Shown here piece by piece: positions 22,345-34,850 of a stretch of 64,000 nucleotides of DNA (position 1 is its first letter; each line of letters starts with the position of its first letter). The position numbers were made by a program, and so were the translations under genes. Origin of the DNA: Macrostomum lignano (Eukaryota); assembly GCA_002269645.1 (NCBI GenBank), contig NIVC01000094.1:1116001-1180000 (forward strand), written 5' to 3'. The notes under the pieces were generated by a model. The model saw only the letters and a program-made list of their open reading frames with translations, did no database searches and was not told the DNA's origin.

Positions 22345-22650
22345 ACGAGTCGAGTTCTGTTGCTATGGAAACACGATGGCGCAGCTCAGTTGCTATGGAA
22401 ACACGATGGTGCAGCTCAGTTGCTATGGAAACACGATGGTGCAGCTCAGTTGCTATGGAAACACGATATTGCAGTTCTGTTTCTATGGAAGCACCACGGT
22501 CAGGTTCAGTTTCTATGGAAACACAATTGTGCGGTTCAGTTGCTATGGCAACAAAATTGAGTCCAGTTGCAATATTACAATTTCGGTTGTTTGGTGCTGG
22601 CTTCTTTTGTTATTGAATCTCGATGATGCAGTACTGTTGCTATGGCAACA
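22345..22650. promoter_or_regulatory. 30-bp tandem array of RFX X-box-like motifs
   Basis: gttgctatggaaac at 22359, 22389, 22419 and 22449; gtttctatggaa(g/a)c at 22479 and 22509; gttgctatggcaac at 22539 and 22636. First copy is 47 bp upstream of the GPCR ATG. Confidence 0.6.
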
Positions 22651-23189
22651 CGTTCTAACCGCTGAAGGCCGGCAAGAAATGTGAACTTCAGCGCTGTCTG
22701 TCTGCATTGTTTATTAATATGGCCAGAAGGCAATCATCGTATGTCGCCACCGTCCTCCTTTCCCAGTCCCTCTGGTCACGCCTCTCCAGCAGATCGATAA
22801 GAGGGCAGGGCGATGCACTTCGGTCGCACCTGTGTACATGCTGGTCGAGTGCTGATAGGGAAAAGTGCGGCCACACAAGGGGTGTGGTGGGTGCCGATAA
22901 GCCCCGCCTCGAATAACATGCTGCCCAATAAACCCAGCTTCCGTGTAAGATTTGTTTAACAAAAAACTCCCCCGAAAAATTCGATATTGCACGTCTTGAC
23001 TCGAATCTCTGCGTTGGATTAATTGAGCGGCTATTTTCGAGCATTTATTTATGATTTATTTGCTTGGCGAACTTCTCAAATTTGAGAAACTGTGAAGGTC
23101 GAGAGAACGTTCAAACAGAGGTGATTTGAATAAAGTCCTACCGATGGTCTGATTTATAATACCTGGAGAGATAATCAATAGGATTGATG

Positions 23190-23790
23190 AGATCCGTGAG
23201 ATTCACTCATAAGATTGATGAGTTTAATGAGATTCACTCATAAGATTGATGAGATCATTGAGATCGAGATCAGTGACATGTTGACAGGGTTGATGAGATC
23301 AGTGAAATATTGATAAGATTGATATGAGATCAGTGACATATTGATAAGATTGATATGAGATCAGTGCCATATTAATTGATGAGATCAGTGCCACATTGAT
23401 AAGATTGATGAGATCAGTACCATATTGATAAGATTGATATGAGATCAGTGCCACATTGATAAGATTGATGAGATCAGTACCATATTGATAAGATTGATAT
23501 GAGATCAGTACCATATTGATAAGATTGATATGAGATCAGTGCCACATTGATAAGATTGATATGAGATCAATGACATATTGATAAGATTGATATGAGATCA
23601 GTGCCATATTGATAAGATTGATATGAGATCAGTGCCATATTGATAAGATTGATATGAGATCAGTGCCATATTGATAAGATTGATATGAGATCAGTGCCAT
23701 ATTGATAAGATTGATATGAGATCAGTGCCATATTGATAAGATTGATATGAGATCAGTGCCATATTGATAAGATTGATATGAGATCAGATC
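23190..23790. repeat. 31-bp minisatellite
   Basis: Unit gagatcagtgccatattgataagattgatat, decaying leftward. Confidence 0.95.
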
Positions 23791-25043
23791 AGTTAGACTT
23801 CGTGAAATTATTTCAACAGTTTCTGCTTCCTATTTACAGTAGTGCAGTAGGGACAGAATGCATAAACAAATACTGAAGCTATTTAAAAAAGTCAGTGCTC
23901 GGCAATAAACCTGACGTGCAACTATTTCCAAAACAATAAATTCGCCACAACGCCGTTTGCACTGAATTTTATTGCAGCCCTTAAAATAGCATCTGGTGGT
24001 TCGAGCTTGACAGCCTTTCACCTGCGGCTTTTGCTTGCAGAATTTCATCTTGCGCTTGAGCTCAAGTCGCTCTGTCCCTGTCTCTCCCGAACCGGTCTGT
24101 CGGCACTTTCTTATCTCGCTAAATTCGTCTTTTTTGTTATTCCGTTCATGGCGACATTTAAAAATAGCAAAAAAGGCGAGGTAGAGACTGAATGAGGCGC
24201 CAATGAGGCAGATGGAGGGAATGCGTTTTGCTCAAGACCTGATTGACAAGATGCGCAACTCTGCCCTGCCTGCATGGGTGCGCCCGCGCAGCTGGAAATT
24301 TTTTTTGTTTTTTTTGTAGCTTCTGCCTGCCCACCCCTCTGACTCAGTGGCGCGGTGCAACCCCAGTTGCTCTGCTATTATAAACTATTTCGATTCTTTC
24401 AAAAATTCCAAACAAGAATAATTGATAGCGAGACTAGTGCGGATTTTTCTAAGAAATAAACAAATAAATTCAGTTGTATTTCAAATCCGAGGCAAATTAA
24501 AGTCTGCGTTTAGAGAAAAATCATCAAATTTGTTTTTACGAGCATACATGTAATATACGCGTCAATTGATAAATAAAAGCAGAAAAAGAATAGAAATCAC
24601 AAAAAACATTGTTACAGAGGAAAATTTATTGGGAGAAAGTCCAGGCAGAGCTGAGCATTGGAGGAGCGACTTAGCTAATTAAAGGATGTTCTGTACTTTA
24701 TTAATAACCAATAGTCAGTTGGAGCCCTCTTTTATGCACCGTTGCCTTCGTCAAATTCCTATTCTAATGTTGGTTTCTTAGAATATTTACGCAACACCGG
24801 AAATTTTGATTAAATCATTACAAAATCGTTGTTACAATATTTCTGTGTAAAGCCAATTACATCGGGTGCAAATGGAATATTTGATTGGCCAATCAACCGG
24901 CCCAAGTGCTTTGGTGTTTAGATGGACCTACGGCTGAGAGAGAACGGCAGAAGACTGCCAATAAGTGTGCAAGTGGCTGTCTTCAAGTTACTCTACTTCT
25001 CAAGCAACAGAGGAAGGAGGGCAGGGGGACCCCGCGGTTCGTC

Positions 25044-26993
25044 TCACGTGCCGCCAAGCACTCGTTTCTGATTGTACGCTGAGCTGGAGCACCTGGCGCT
25101 GTGCAGAGAGCTCGGGCCGCCTGATCGCGCCGAGTCCGGCTGCTGCTGTTGCTGCTGTTGTTGCTGCTGCTGCTGCTGCTGCGAATGCGGCTGTGGATAG
25201 GACTGAGAGTGCGACTGAGCCTGATGCCTCGGCGACGTGGCCGGAGCTGGCGGCGGCGGCACCGGCGGGCCGTCCATCAGGCTGACTGGTGGCAGGAACA
25301 CGCCGGACGAGTACACCTTGCGGATCTGCTCCTGCCGCTGTCTGGCCGACCGCCCGGCGCCGGGGCGCGACGTTTTCGGACGAGCCGGCGCTGGATTTGG
25401 CGCCGCCGGCGGTGGTTGCGGCAGCGGGCCGGAGCGGCGCTGGCCGCCGTGCGAGTTCGAGTGAGTCGAGGAGCCGCCGAGGCCCAACGTCGGGCTGATC
25501 TGCTTGCCAGCTGCCGGGCCGCGCGAGGTGGCCGGGCGCGACTGCGAGCGGTGGCTGGAGAGCGGCTGTTGCTGCTGGTCCTGCGCCAGCGCGTCGTTCA
25601 TTCGCCTGGCCAGCCGCAGAGTCTCGTCAGCTTGGCGCTGCACCTGCTGGTACAGGTCGCGCGTCTCCCGCAGCATCGCTTTGAACTCGGACTCCCGCTC
25701 GCGCTCCTTGAACTTCTTCGACTTCGGACTGCCGGATGAGCCGCCACCGCCAGTTCTTGCTGTCGACTGCCTGATGGAGGAGATGCTGCTGCCTGTCAGG
25801 TCATGCGAGCTGGACTTTGCTGATTTTGCGTCCTTGTCGGCCTCCTTTGTCTTCTCCTTGTCCTTCTCTTTGTTCTTGTCTTTGTTCTTGTCTTTGTTCT
25901 TGTCTTTGTCCTTGTCTGTGTCTTTGTTCTTATCCTTGTCTTTGTCTTTCTCCTCACTTTTGCTATTTTCTGCTTTCGCTTCCTCATCGGCCTCCAGGCC
26001 TGCTGCGGTCTCCGGCTCGGACGGCGGCGGCGCTGGCGAATCGTCGTCGGCGTCAAAATCGTCGCCCAGGCTGTACTCGGACATGCAGTAGCGCCTGTAC
26101 TCCTCCAGCAGCATCTTCAGCATGATCTTGTCCGACACGGTGCCCTCGTAGATCCGGTTGCGCTTGTTGTTGTGCGAGTGCCTAGAGATCGCCCTGACCC
26201 GCTCGTACTCGCGCACGCTGCGCTGGATCTGCTTGTCAGGCGGCGGCTTCTGCGGCTGCTGCTGCTGCGGCCTGATCCGCATCGCCTGCACCGGGTTTTT
26301 GCCCCGCTTCTCCCAGAAGAATGGCACCTTGTGCGGCTTGTTGAGCCGGACCTTCGGCTGCTGCTGAGCCTGCAGCTGCGGCCTTGGCGACCGCTCGGTC
26401 TGGCTGTCTGTCGACATTGCCGCAGTTGAAGACGATGCCTTCTCAGCCTCGGCACCGCTGACGCCTTCCCTGTCCGTTTCAGGCGGCGGCGGCGGCGGCT
26501 GCTGCTTTAAGTCGGTGGTCGACGTTGTCATCACCGAGCAGGGCGGCTTCTTAGCGGGCGATCCGCTCACCTCGGTGATTGTTGCCGCCTCCTTTGTCTC
26601 CGGTATGGGCGGGGGTGGCGGCTGCTTCTGCTGTTGTTGCTGTTGTTGCTGGGCTTCCGAAAGCAGATTGGCACCGACGCTCTCCCGACGGGACAGCTGC
26701 CGGGACGGCCGACGGGACTGCGACCGCGACGTCGCCCCCTCTTCAGCCTCCTGCTCCGGCAGCACCTCCTGCTCATCATCGTAGTCCGCCACGTTTATCT
26801 CCTCGTAGTCGGCGCTGCCGCTGCCCTGCGCCTTCAGCTGCTCCTCTCGCTCCCGCCGGGCGATCATCTCCTCGGCCCGTCTAATCGCGTCCGCGTACGG
26901 CTGCGCGTTCACGCCTGACGACCCGGCCGCTGCCGATCCGGCCGCCGCTCCGCCACCGCTGACGCTTTTCCGTCGGCTGGCGAGACCGCCTGA

Positions 26994-27024
<31 letters not shown>

Positions 27025-29180
27025 ATTGCCGTCGTCAATCGCAGCGTCTGCCGCTCCTCCGGCCGGTCGGCCAGGCCCAGCTCGTGCGCGTACTGGCCGC
27101 CGTAGCGCCTGATGAACTCCTTGCACTCGCTGCTGCTGGTGAGGTCCAGCGCCGTCACCGGGTTGCCCTGCTCCGACACCGAGGCCAGGTTGACGTCCGC
27201 CCCGTAGCGCAGCACCGCGTTGCACATCTGTGTCTCGTTCTTGTAGGCGGCGATGTGCACGCAGGCCTGCTCGCTGACGTTCTTCGTGTCCAGGAGGGCC
27301 TTACTGTCCGCGGCCAGGTGCTTCACGGTCTCCAGGTGGCCCATGTGCACTGCCTCATGGATCGGCAGGTCGCCGATGGAGTTGCCCACCCAGAGGTTCG
27401 CACCGAGCTCGTTGAGCAGCTTCAGCATGATAATGAGATCCTTGGCGGCGGCGCAGTGGGCCGCAGTCCGGCCCTTCTTGTCTTGGTGGTCGATGTCCGC
27501 CCCGCACCTGACCAGAGCACGCACGCACTCCTCCTGGTTGAGCGTCACCGCGTAGAACAGCGGCGAGCAGTCGTTCTTGTCGCCGACGTTGATGTCGATG
27601 TCAACAGTGTCTTTTGCCATAAGCTCCACGATGTTGGCGTGGCCTCGGCTGGCCGCGCAGTGCAGCACCGTCAGTCCCGCCTTGTCGCCCAGAGCCGGCT
27701 TGGCGCCCTTCTTCAACAGCAGCTCGCAGGCGCGCTTGGCGCCGACGCTGCCGGCCCACATCAGCGGGCTGCGCTTCTCCGCGTCCAGGCAGTCGACGCG
27801 GCTGCTCCGGCCGAGCAGCATCTCCAGGATTCGCACCGGCCGGTCGTCGGTCGGCTGCGCGGTGCCGCACACCTGCGCCGCGTAGTGCAGCGGGTAGGCG
27901 CCGAAGATGTCCGGCTGCATCACCTTGGCCTTGTGGTCCAGCAGCGCTTTGAGCGAGTCGGCCTGGCTGCAGACCACCGCCCAGTGCACCGAGGAGTGCC
28001 GCTCGTTGTCCACGGCGTCGACCTCGGCGCCGCTCTGCAGCAGCAGGTGGATCAGCTTGACGTTGCCAGCGATGGTGGCCAGGTGCAGCGGGCTGTACCC
28101 GTCCGCGTCCTTCTTCGTGACGACCTCCGGCCGCTTGGCCAGCAGCAGCTCGGCGCAGGCCGTCTCCTCGCTCTCGGCGCAGTAGTGCAGCGCGTTCTTG
28201 CCGCCGTCGTCCACCTCAGCGGGATCGGAGCCGGCGTCAATCAGGCTCTGCGCCGTCTCGAACTCGCCGGCCTGGCAGGCCACCATCAGCGGCGTGGTCG
28301 GGTGGAACTCCTTGCTGGTGTCGGAGGGCGGCGGCTGCGCCCTGGCGTAGACCCGCACCATCTTTTTGAAGGTGCCGTTTGGATGGTCGGCCGCCCGGGC
28401 CTCCACCGACTTGTCTTTGTAGTCGACAATGTCAGGCCGGGCGCCCTTGCGCAGCAGCAACTCGAAGATGTCCGTCCGGTTGACGTACAGCGCGTAGTGC
28501 AGCGCAGTCCGGCGGTATTTGTTGTCCTCCTGCGTGTTGACCTGGACGCCGAACTCAAGCAACTGGTGCACGAACTCGTACGAGGCGATCTGCACCGCGT
28601 ATATCAGCGGGGTGGCGCCGCTGAGGCGCGAGGCGACGTCCAGCGCCTGCCGGCCGTGCGGTTCCGACCTGGCGATGACGTCGAGGCTCTCGGCGCAGCC
28701 CATCCGGATGGCCAGATGCACAGCCGACTGACCCTCCTCGTCCTGCAGCGCCGGATTGGCGCCCGCGTCTAGCGCGGCCTGCAGCAGCGACACGGGCGTC
28801 TGCGTGAGGATGCACCAGTGCAGCAGGGTCCGGCCCGCGCTGTCCTGGTGGCCGAGGCTGGCGCCCTTCCTGGCCAGCCAGCGCACGCACTGGCAGTAGT
28901 CATCGATGGGCATCTCCTGGGTCTTGCCGAGGGTGGCCTCGAGCTTCTTGTAGCTCTGGACCAGGATGATCGGCAGCGAGAAGCCGTCGCTGTACACGTG
29001 GCCGAACCGGAAATCAGCTCGATTGTCGTCTACCAGGTACTTGAACCGGTGCAGGTTGCCGGTCTCCAGGAGGCTGCGGGCCTCCTCCATCAGGTCCGGT
29101 GGCGGCAGACTGGGCGTCAAGGTGTGGCTGCTTCCCGACTCGCTGGTGTACTCGGTCACCGGCGTCAGAAGTCTCGACAT
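25044..29180 (-). CDS. Intronless ankyrin-repeat protein (~1378 aa), ~15-16 ANK repeats plus low-complexity/coiled-coil tail
   Basis: Single ORF with first ATG at 29180. Repeated G.(T/S)PLH.A...G....V..LL..GA motifs in two blocks; the second block is inversin-like in style, but orthology is not assigned. Confidence 0.9.
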
Positions 29181-31535
29181 TGCGATGCTCTGTGGCTGTG
29201 CGGTGCTGTTTAAATCTGGAGGGCTGGCTCCGGTTGCCAGTGACAACAGATAGGAAGGCTGAGGTGCTGCTTCAATAATTGACCACCGGGGCCTGTTTCA
29301 AGAGGGTAGAGAGAGGCGCACAAGTTTTCTGTAGTTGTAAACGACTGCCTTTCTCCCACTGTGCGTTGTTTTTGAGCTGGGAGGTAAATAATGGATGGGA
29401 TCAGGACTGCGGGCTGGCCGGCCTGTGCGCTCGCACCTCCATTGGCCTCGCCTGGGGGGATTTAAAATGCGTAGTTGCCAGCCGCGATGGGGAAGAGACG
29501 GAGGCTGAGAGCGCTGCGCAGATTCTTGAGACGAGAAATGGTGCTTAGTGGTGTCTCTTCCGCTCTCTCCTCTCTCTCTTGGATTCTCTGTGCTCATCTG
29601 CCCTACCGTCGCATTGCGCCAGAGCCTTTCTTAAAGGCTCAAAAAGCGCCCCGGCGACCAGCCAACCCCCTGCCGTCTCCCCCTCTCTGCCCAGCTGCTC
29701 AGTTGCGCCCAGCTGTGTGTCAAAACTCTGCATAGAGAGAGAGAAGCTGGTTTTGACAGCCGCAGAGCTGAGTTCTGATGGCGATGTTGAAAAGGCGTTT
29801 GAGACGACAAGAGGCTGCGCTGGCGCCTCTACCTCGCACAGGGCGGAGCTGCTGCACACTGCCTCCCCCCTGCACACTCCGCTGGGCTGGGACAGAGAAA
29901 GCATGAGTAGTTAGAGAGAGAGAGAGAGTAAGGCGAAGTGGCCGCTCTTTGCCGTTACTAGCTGAGTAGCTGCCGTTTTTACTGCCTCACTAATGCTCCA
30001 GCGCCGTGTTCTCTCCCTGTGCACAACTCTCATTTTTGGGCTACTCATCACCGTCTCACTTCTTTTCTCGGCCAATGGTCTCTTAGAATCGGTGTCAAAT
30101 TACCGAATTTTTCCTACTGTATGTACATACAGCTAATATTCGAACTGTCTGCCCTTGGGCAAACTGTGTGAAATGAAATGACTTCAATATCAAACTATCA
30201 ATACTGCCGGCCGGACCGTCTGCGCACTTCTGCTGCACTTTGCCGGCTTGCCGGGCGGCCTCCCCAGCTCAGCCCGACCCGCCTTGGCAACACGGGAAAT
30301 GGCGCGGGAAATGGCGCTCTATTTTTGGTGCTCCGGCTCGCACAGCTCAGACTAGCGGCTCACACCAACTTGGTAGTCATGACAACCGATTCTCCAGTGC
30401 CTCCAGCATCCTCCCTCCCGCATCTCCTCCCCGCTTTACAACTAAGAGTTGTAGAGGTGAATCTCAAGGTCTTAAATTTTCTACTTCCAATAGTCTATGG
30501 CGCGACAATGAATAAAAAATTAATTTGCGACATGTTCTCATTAATAAAAATGACTTGCGTGTCAGAATTTTGAGTGCTACTCGTACAGCCAGGGACGGTC
30601 ATTTTATTGACTTTAATGACCAGGCAGGAAAATGGCAAATCGGGAAGCCTTGTGCAGTTGGCAGTGTGTTTGCCTCGGTCCCGGGCAAACACTGCAGCTG
30701 AGGTGCTGGGAGGTGTGGCTAATAAAAAGTTCTGCTCATCGTGTGGCTCCACAGGGGCTGCCTTGAGCGATCGGATATGAGATGAGGCACGCCAGCTTCC
30801 GGGAAAGGCAGCTCAACGAAAGACGGGATCCTCGGCTCTGTTTCTCTTCTCTCTTTACTCTGCTCAACTCTACTCGTAGCTACCTCGGGCTTGCTACCTG
30901 TCTCTCCCAGCCTCCTATTCGAGAGGCCTCATCTCGACAGCGCCTCAGCCAGCATCTGCCGGACCTTCGCCTGGCTACATTTTCTCAGCATGCAGCGGCC
31001 ACTCAGCGACAGTGGGGGGGGGGTGGGGGTCGGGGGACACGCGAGCTGCGAAATCCTGCCAAGCCCCAGCCAGATCCCCGTCTTCCCATCCTGCATCCCC
31101 ACCAACCTCCCTGCCTGCGATCCATCCCGAGAGAAGCTGAAGGAGGCGCTCCCGGAGCTGCGCTTGGGGACGCGAGCGAGAGGGAGGGAGAGAGGATGGA
31201 GCGGGATGACTCGGATGCGGGGGTGGGACACGAGCTGGGAGCGAGAGCAAGAGAAAGGACAGGGGAGTTGAGCGATGGGGCGCCATAGGATGCTGGACTA
31301 AATCAACCCATCCCCCACCGCCACCGCCGCCCCGTCTTCCCAGGCCCCGCAGCTGCCACCGACGGTGCAGCAGAGCCGAGCTCAGCAGGCAGCAGAGCAC
31401 ACTCTCTACAGAGCAAATTTATCTTTAAATAAGCGACCGCGAGAAAAGCAGGAAGCCCGAGATACTTTGGAAGGCTCCCCCCACGTCTGAAATTTGACGA
31501 AAAATTTTTCCCGCATCGACTCGGCCCAGCCAGCC

Positions 31536-32762
31536 ATGTCGTTCGAGATCCCAGCTGGCCTGCCGCAGCTGCTCCAGGACTTCACGGTTGCCGTGCTCCG
31601 CTCCAGGCCCGGCAACCTGGTGACCTTCGCCTCCGCCTACTTCCGCCAGCTCGAGGCCGCGGCTGCCGCCAAGCCGCCCGACGGTGCCGCTGCGACGTCC
31701 AGAACTGCGGAGGCGGCGTCAGCGAACAACAGCGACGCGGACGACGAGGACGCGGTGGACTCCGCCTGGTCCGGCGTCAGCGGAGCCGGCGGCGGCGGGG
31801 GCGCCGGGGCCCGCCGGGTCAGCGTGGCTGCGCCCTCCTTCGACCCGGAGCTGCACCACGAGGACGAGGGCCAGCGGAAGCTGGTGCCGAAGAGCGATGA
31901 GCAGCGGCGCCGGCTGGCAGAGGCCGTGAAGCACATCCTGCTGTTCCGCAGCCTGGACCGCGCCAGCCTGGGTCACGTGATCGATGCCATGCAGGAGGCG
32001 CCGGTTCCGGCGGGCGAGACGGTCATCCAGCAGCACCAGGATGGCGACAATTTCTACGTGGTCGAGCGCGGAGTTTTCGACGCGTTCGTTGACGACAAAA
32101 ACGCTGAGGGCGGGCGGCGACACGTGCTGACATACAATAATGAGGGATCCTTCGGGGAGCTGGCCCTGATGTACTACTGCCCACGGGCCGCCACCATCGT
32201 GGCTAGAACTGACGGCGTGCTGTGGTCGCTGGACATGGAGACCTTCCAGCGTCGGGTGCTGACCGCGGCGTTTCGGCACCGGCAGAAGTACGAGGCCTTC
32301 CTGGCCGCGGTGCCGTTGCTGGCCGAACTGACGCAGTACGAGCGTCAGAACGTCGCCGACGCCATTCGCGAACGGGAGTTCAGCGACGGGGCGCCGATCC
32401 TGATGCAGGGCGACGTCGGCAACGAGATGTTCTTCATCGAGGAGGGCGGCGTCAAGGTGATGCGGCGCGGTGCCGACAACGGCCTGGAGACGCAGGTGAA
32501 CCAGCTGGGCAAGGGCGACTACTTTGGCGAGCTGGCGCTCATCACCAAGCAGCCGCGGGCCGCCAGCTGCTACGCCGTCGGGCCAACGAAGGTCTGCGTG
32601 CTGCACGTGACCGACTTTGAACGGCTGCTGGGCCCCTGCCTGGAGGTGATGCGGCGCAACATTGAGGACTACAGGAGGCAGCTGGGGGACATATTTGGGC
32701 ACGAGGACAATGTGCCGCAGCCGAGACTGCAACAGCAGCAACAGCAGCAGGTGGCCCAGTAG
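31536..32762 (+). CDS. PRKAR2: cAMP-dependent protein kinase type II regulatory subunit (intronless, 408 aa)
   Basis: RIIa D/D domain IPAGLPQLLQDFTVAVLRSRP..LV.F...YF; phosphorylatable inhibitor site RRVSV; two cNMP domains with FGELALMYYCPRAAT and FGELALITKQPRAAS. Confidence 0.95.
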   Translation: MSFEIPAGLPQLLQDFTVAVLRSRPGNLVTFASAYFRQLEAAAAAKPPDGAAATSRTAEAASANNSDADDEDAVDSAWSGVSGAGGGGGAGARRVSVAAPSFDPELHHEDEGQRKLVPKSDEQRRRLAEAVKHILLFRSLDRASLGHVIDAMQEAPVPAGETVIQQHQDGDNFYVVERGVFDAFVDDKNAEGGRRHVLTYNNEGSFGELALMYYCPRAATIVARTDGVLWSLDMETFQRRVLTAAFRHRQKYEAFLAAVPLLAELTQYERQNVADAIREREFSDGAPILMQGDVGNEMFFIEEGGVKVMRRGADNGLETQVNQLGKGDYFGELALITKQPRAASCYAVGPTKVCVLHVTDFERLLGPCLEVMRRNIEDYRRQLGDIFGHEDNVPQPRLQQQQQQQVAQ

Positions 32763-33019
32763 GGGAAGCGAGGATCCGTGAACTTGTATTAGAGTAATAC
32801 GGGCATGCAAATAATTATGGATTTTAATACAAATGCATGGCCCAATTGGTGAGTTGGGTGCCCGTCTTGTCGAGGCTTCAGGTCAGGTTTGGAAATTCTC
32901 TTCGAAGGGCAGCCTTTGCCATAGAATAACTACGTACAGATCGCGTTCATATGGCCGTTTTCTGATAGACGCCGCACTTTGTTCATTTAGTCCGTTTCTT
33001 ATTCATTTAACTGGTAGGA

Positions 33020-33560
33020 GGAGAGGACAGAGAGAGGAAAAGAGAGGGACAAAGCGGAGGGAGAGAAGAGAGAGCAGAATGAGAGAGGAGAGAGCGGAAG
33101 AAGAGAGGAGAGAACGGAGGGAGAGTGTGGAGGGAGAGAGCGGAGGGAGAGAGCGGAGGGAGAGAGCGGAGAGGAGAGAGAGCGGAGGAGAGAGCGGAGG
33201 GAGAGAGCGGAGGGAGAGAGCGGAGGGAGAGAGCGGAGGGAGAGAGCGGAGGGAGAGAGCGGAGGGAGAGAGCGGAGGGAGAGCGGAGGGAGAGAGCGGG
33301 GAGAGAGCGGAGGGAGAGAGCGGAGGGAGAGAGCGGAGGGAGAGAGCGGAGGGAGAGCGGAGGGAGAGAGCGGAGGGAGAGAGCGGAGGGAGAGAGCGGA
33401 GGGAGAGAGCGGAGGGAGAGAGCGGAGGGAGAGAGCGGAGGGAGAGAGCGGAGGGAGAGAGCGGAGGAGAGAGCGGAGGGAGAGAGCGGAGGGAGAGAGC
33501 GGAGGGAGAGAGCGGAGGGAGAGAGCGAGAGAGAGCGGAGGGAGAGAGCGGAGGGAGAGA
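33020..33560. repeat. GA-rich 14-bp minisatellite
   Basis: Unit gagagagcggaggg. Confidence 0.95.
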
Positions 33561-33929
33561 GCTGAGAACAGAGATCTGAATAGCGAGCTGTGTTTTAAAT
33601 TCATATTCCAAATAAATTAAAGTTTTTTGGCCACCCAGCAAGAGGCGTATTGTCATCAGTTTTGACGGTTATATTAATAAAATGCACAAATAAACAACTC
33701 TGTTTTTCCTTACTAATCATTCAATGAATTAATGAATGAACGAAATATTTTTAAGATTACTGAAGGCGAGATTGAAGAGCCAATCAGAAAGCAGCGAGGG
33801 AGAGAGAGAGAATAACAAGACTGAACTGGACAGAGATAGAGAGAAAGCAGAGTAAACAAAGACGAGTGAAGGTGAACTGAGAAATGACTAAGAATTGGCG
33901 CGCTTGCATGTCCCAGCGCTGGTTATTGC

Positions 33930-34192
33930 ACCACGGGTACACGTATAGGCCACCACGGGTACACGTATAGGCCACCACGGGTACACGTATAGGCCGCCAT
34001 GGGTACACGTATAGGCGCCACGGGTACACGTATAGGCCGCCACGGGTACACGTATAGGCCGCCACGGGTACACGTATAGGCCGCCACGGGTACACGTATA
34101 GGCCACGGGTACACGTATAGGCCGCCACGGGTACACGTATAGGCCGCCACGGGTACACGTATAGGCCGCCACGGGTACACGTATAGGCCGAA
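33930..34192. repeat. 22-bp minisatellite
   Basis: Unit ccacgggtacacgtataggccg, ~12 copies. Confidence 0.95.
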
Positions 34193-34394
34193 GCCAGGGA
34201 CAGACTTGCATAGCAGCAACAGGGATGCTTTGGGGCTCTGGAGAGGAGGGAACAGGATGGGGGGGTTGCAGAGTGCGAGACAAGGCGCAACTTAGGGGCT
34301 GAGATTGGGCAAGCGACCAGCTTTTCTCAAGAACTGGCAGAGGGGAGCGAATCCGAAAGGCGAAAGAAGTGTTAGAGGGAGAGTAAGGGAGAAA

Positions 34395-34850
34395 GCGAGG
34401 TAAGAGAGAGGGAGAGAGGCAGGGAAGAGGGAGAGAGCGGAGGGAGGGAACGGAGGAGAGGGAGAGAGGGAGAGAGCGGAGGGAGAGAGCGGAGGAGAGG
34501 GAGAGAGAGAGAGAGCGGAGGGAGGGAGCGGAGGAGAAGAGGGAGGGAGAGGAGAGGGAGAGGGTAGAGAGCGGAGGAACAGAGTGGAGGGAGAGGGAGA
34601 GCGGAGGGAGAGAGCGGAGGAACAGAGTGGAGGGAGAGGGAGAGAGCGGAGGGAGAGAGCGGAGGAACAGAGTGGAGGGAGAGGGAGAGAGCGGAGGGAG
34701 AGAGCGGAGGAACAGAGTGGAGGGAGAGGGAGAGAGCGGAGGAGAGAGCGGAAAGAGTGGAGGGAGAGGGAGAGCGGAGGAACAGAGTGGAGGGAGAGGG
34801 AGAGAGCGGAGGGAGAGAGCGGAGGAGCAGAGTGGAGGGAGAGAGCAGGT
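34395..34850. repeat. GA-rich degenerate repeat related to 33020-33560
   Basis: gagagagcggagg words with ggaacagagtggagg inserts. Confidence 0.85.

Noticed and set aside
22690-23060. ctcgaataa / gcggctattttcgag words resembling pogo/Tc1 MITE termini
   Set aside because: No matching TIR pair or TA target duplication could be defined.
27084-28772. 562-aa plus-strand ORF, and other ORFs antisense to the ankyrin, PKA-RII, FAM193 and LINE frames
   Set aside because: Antisense shadows of GC-rich coding sequence; no recognisable motifs.
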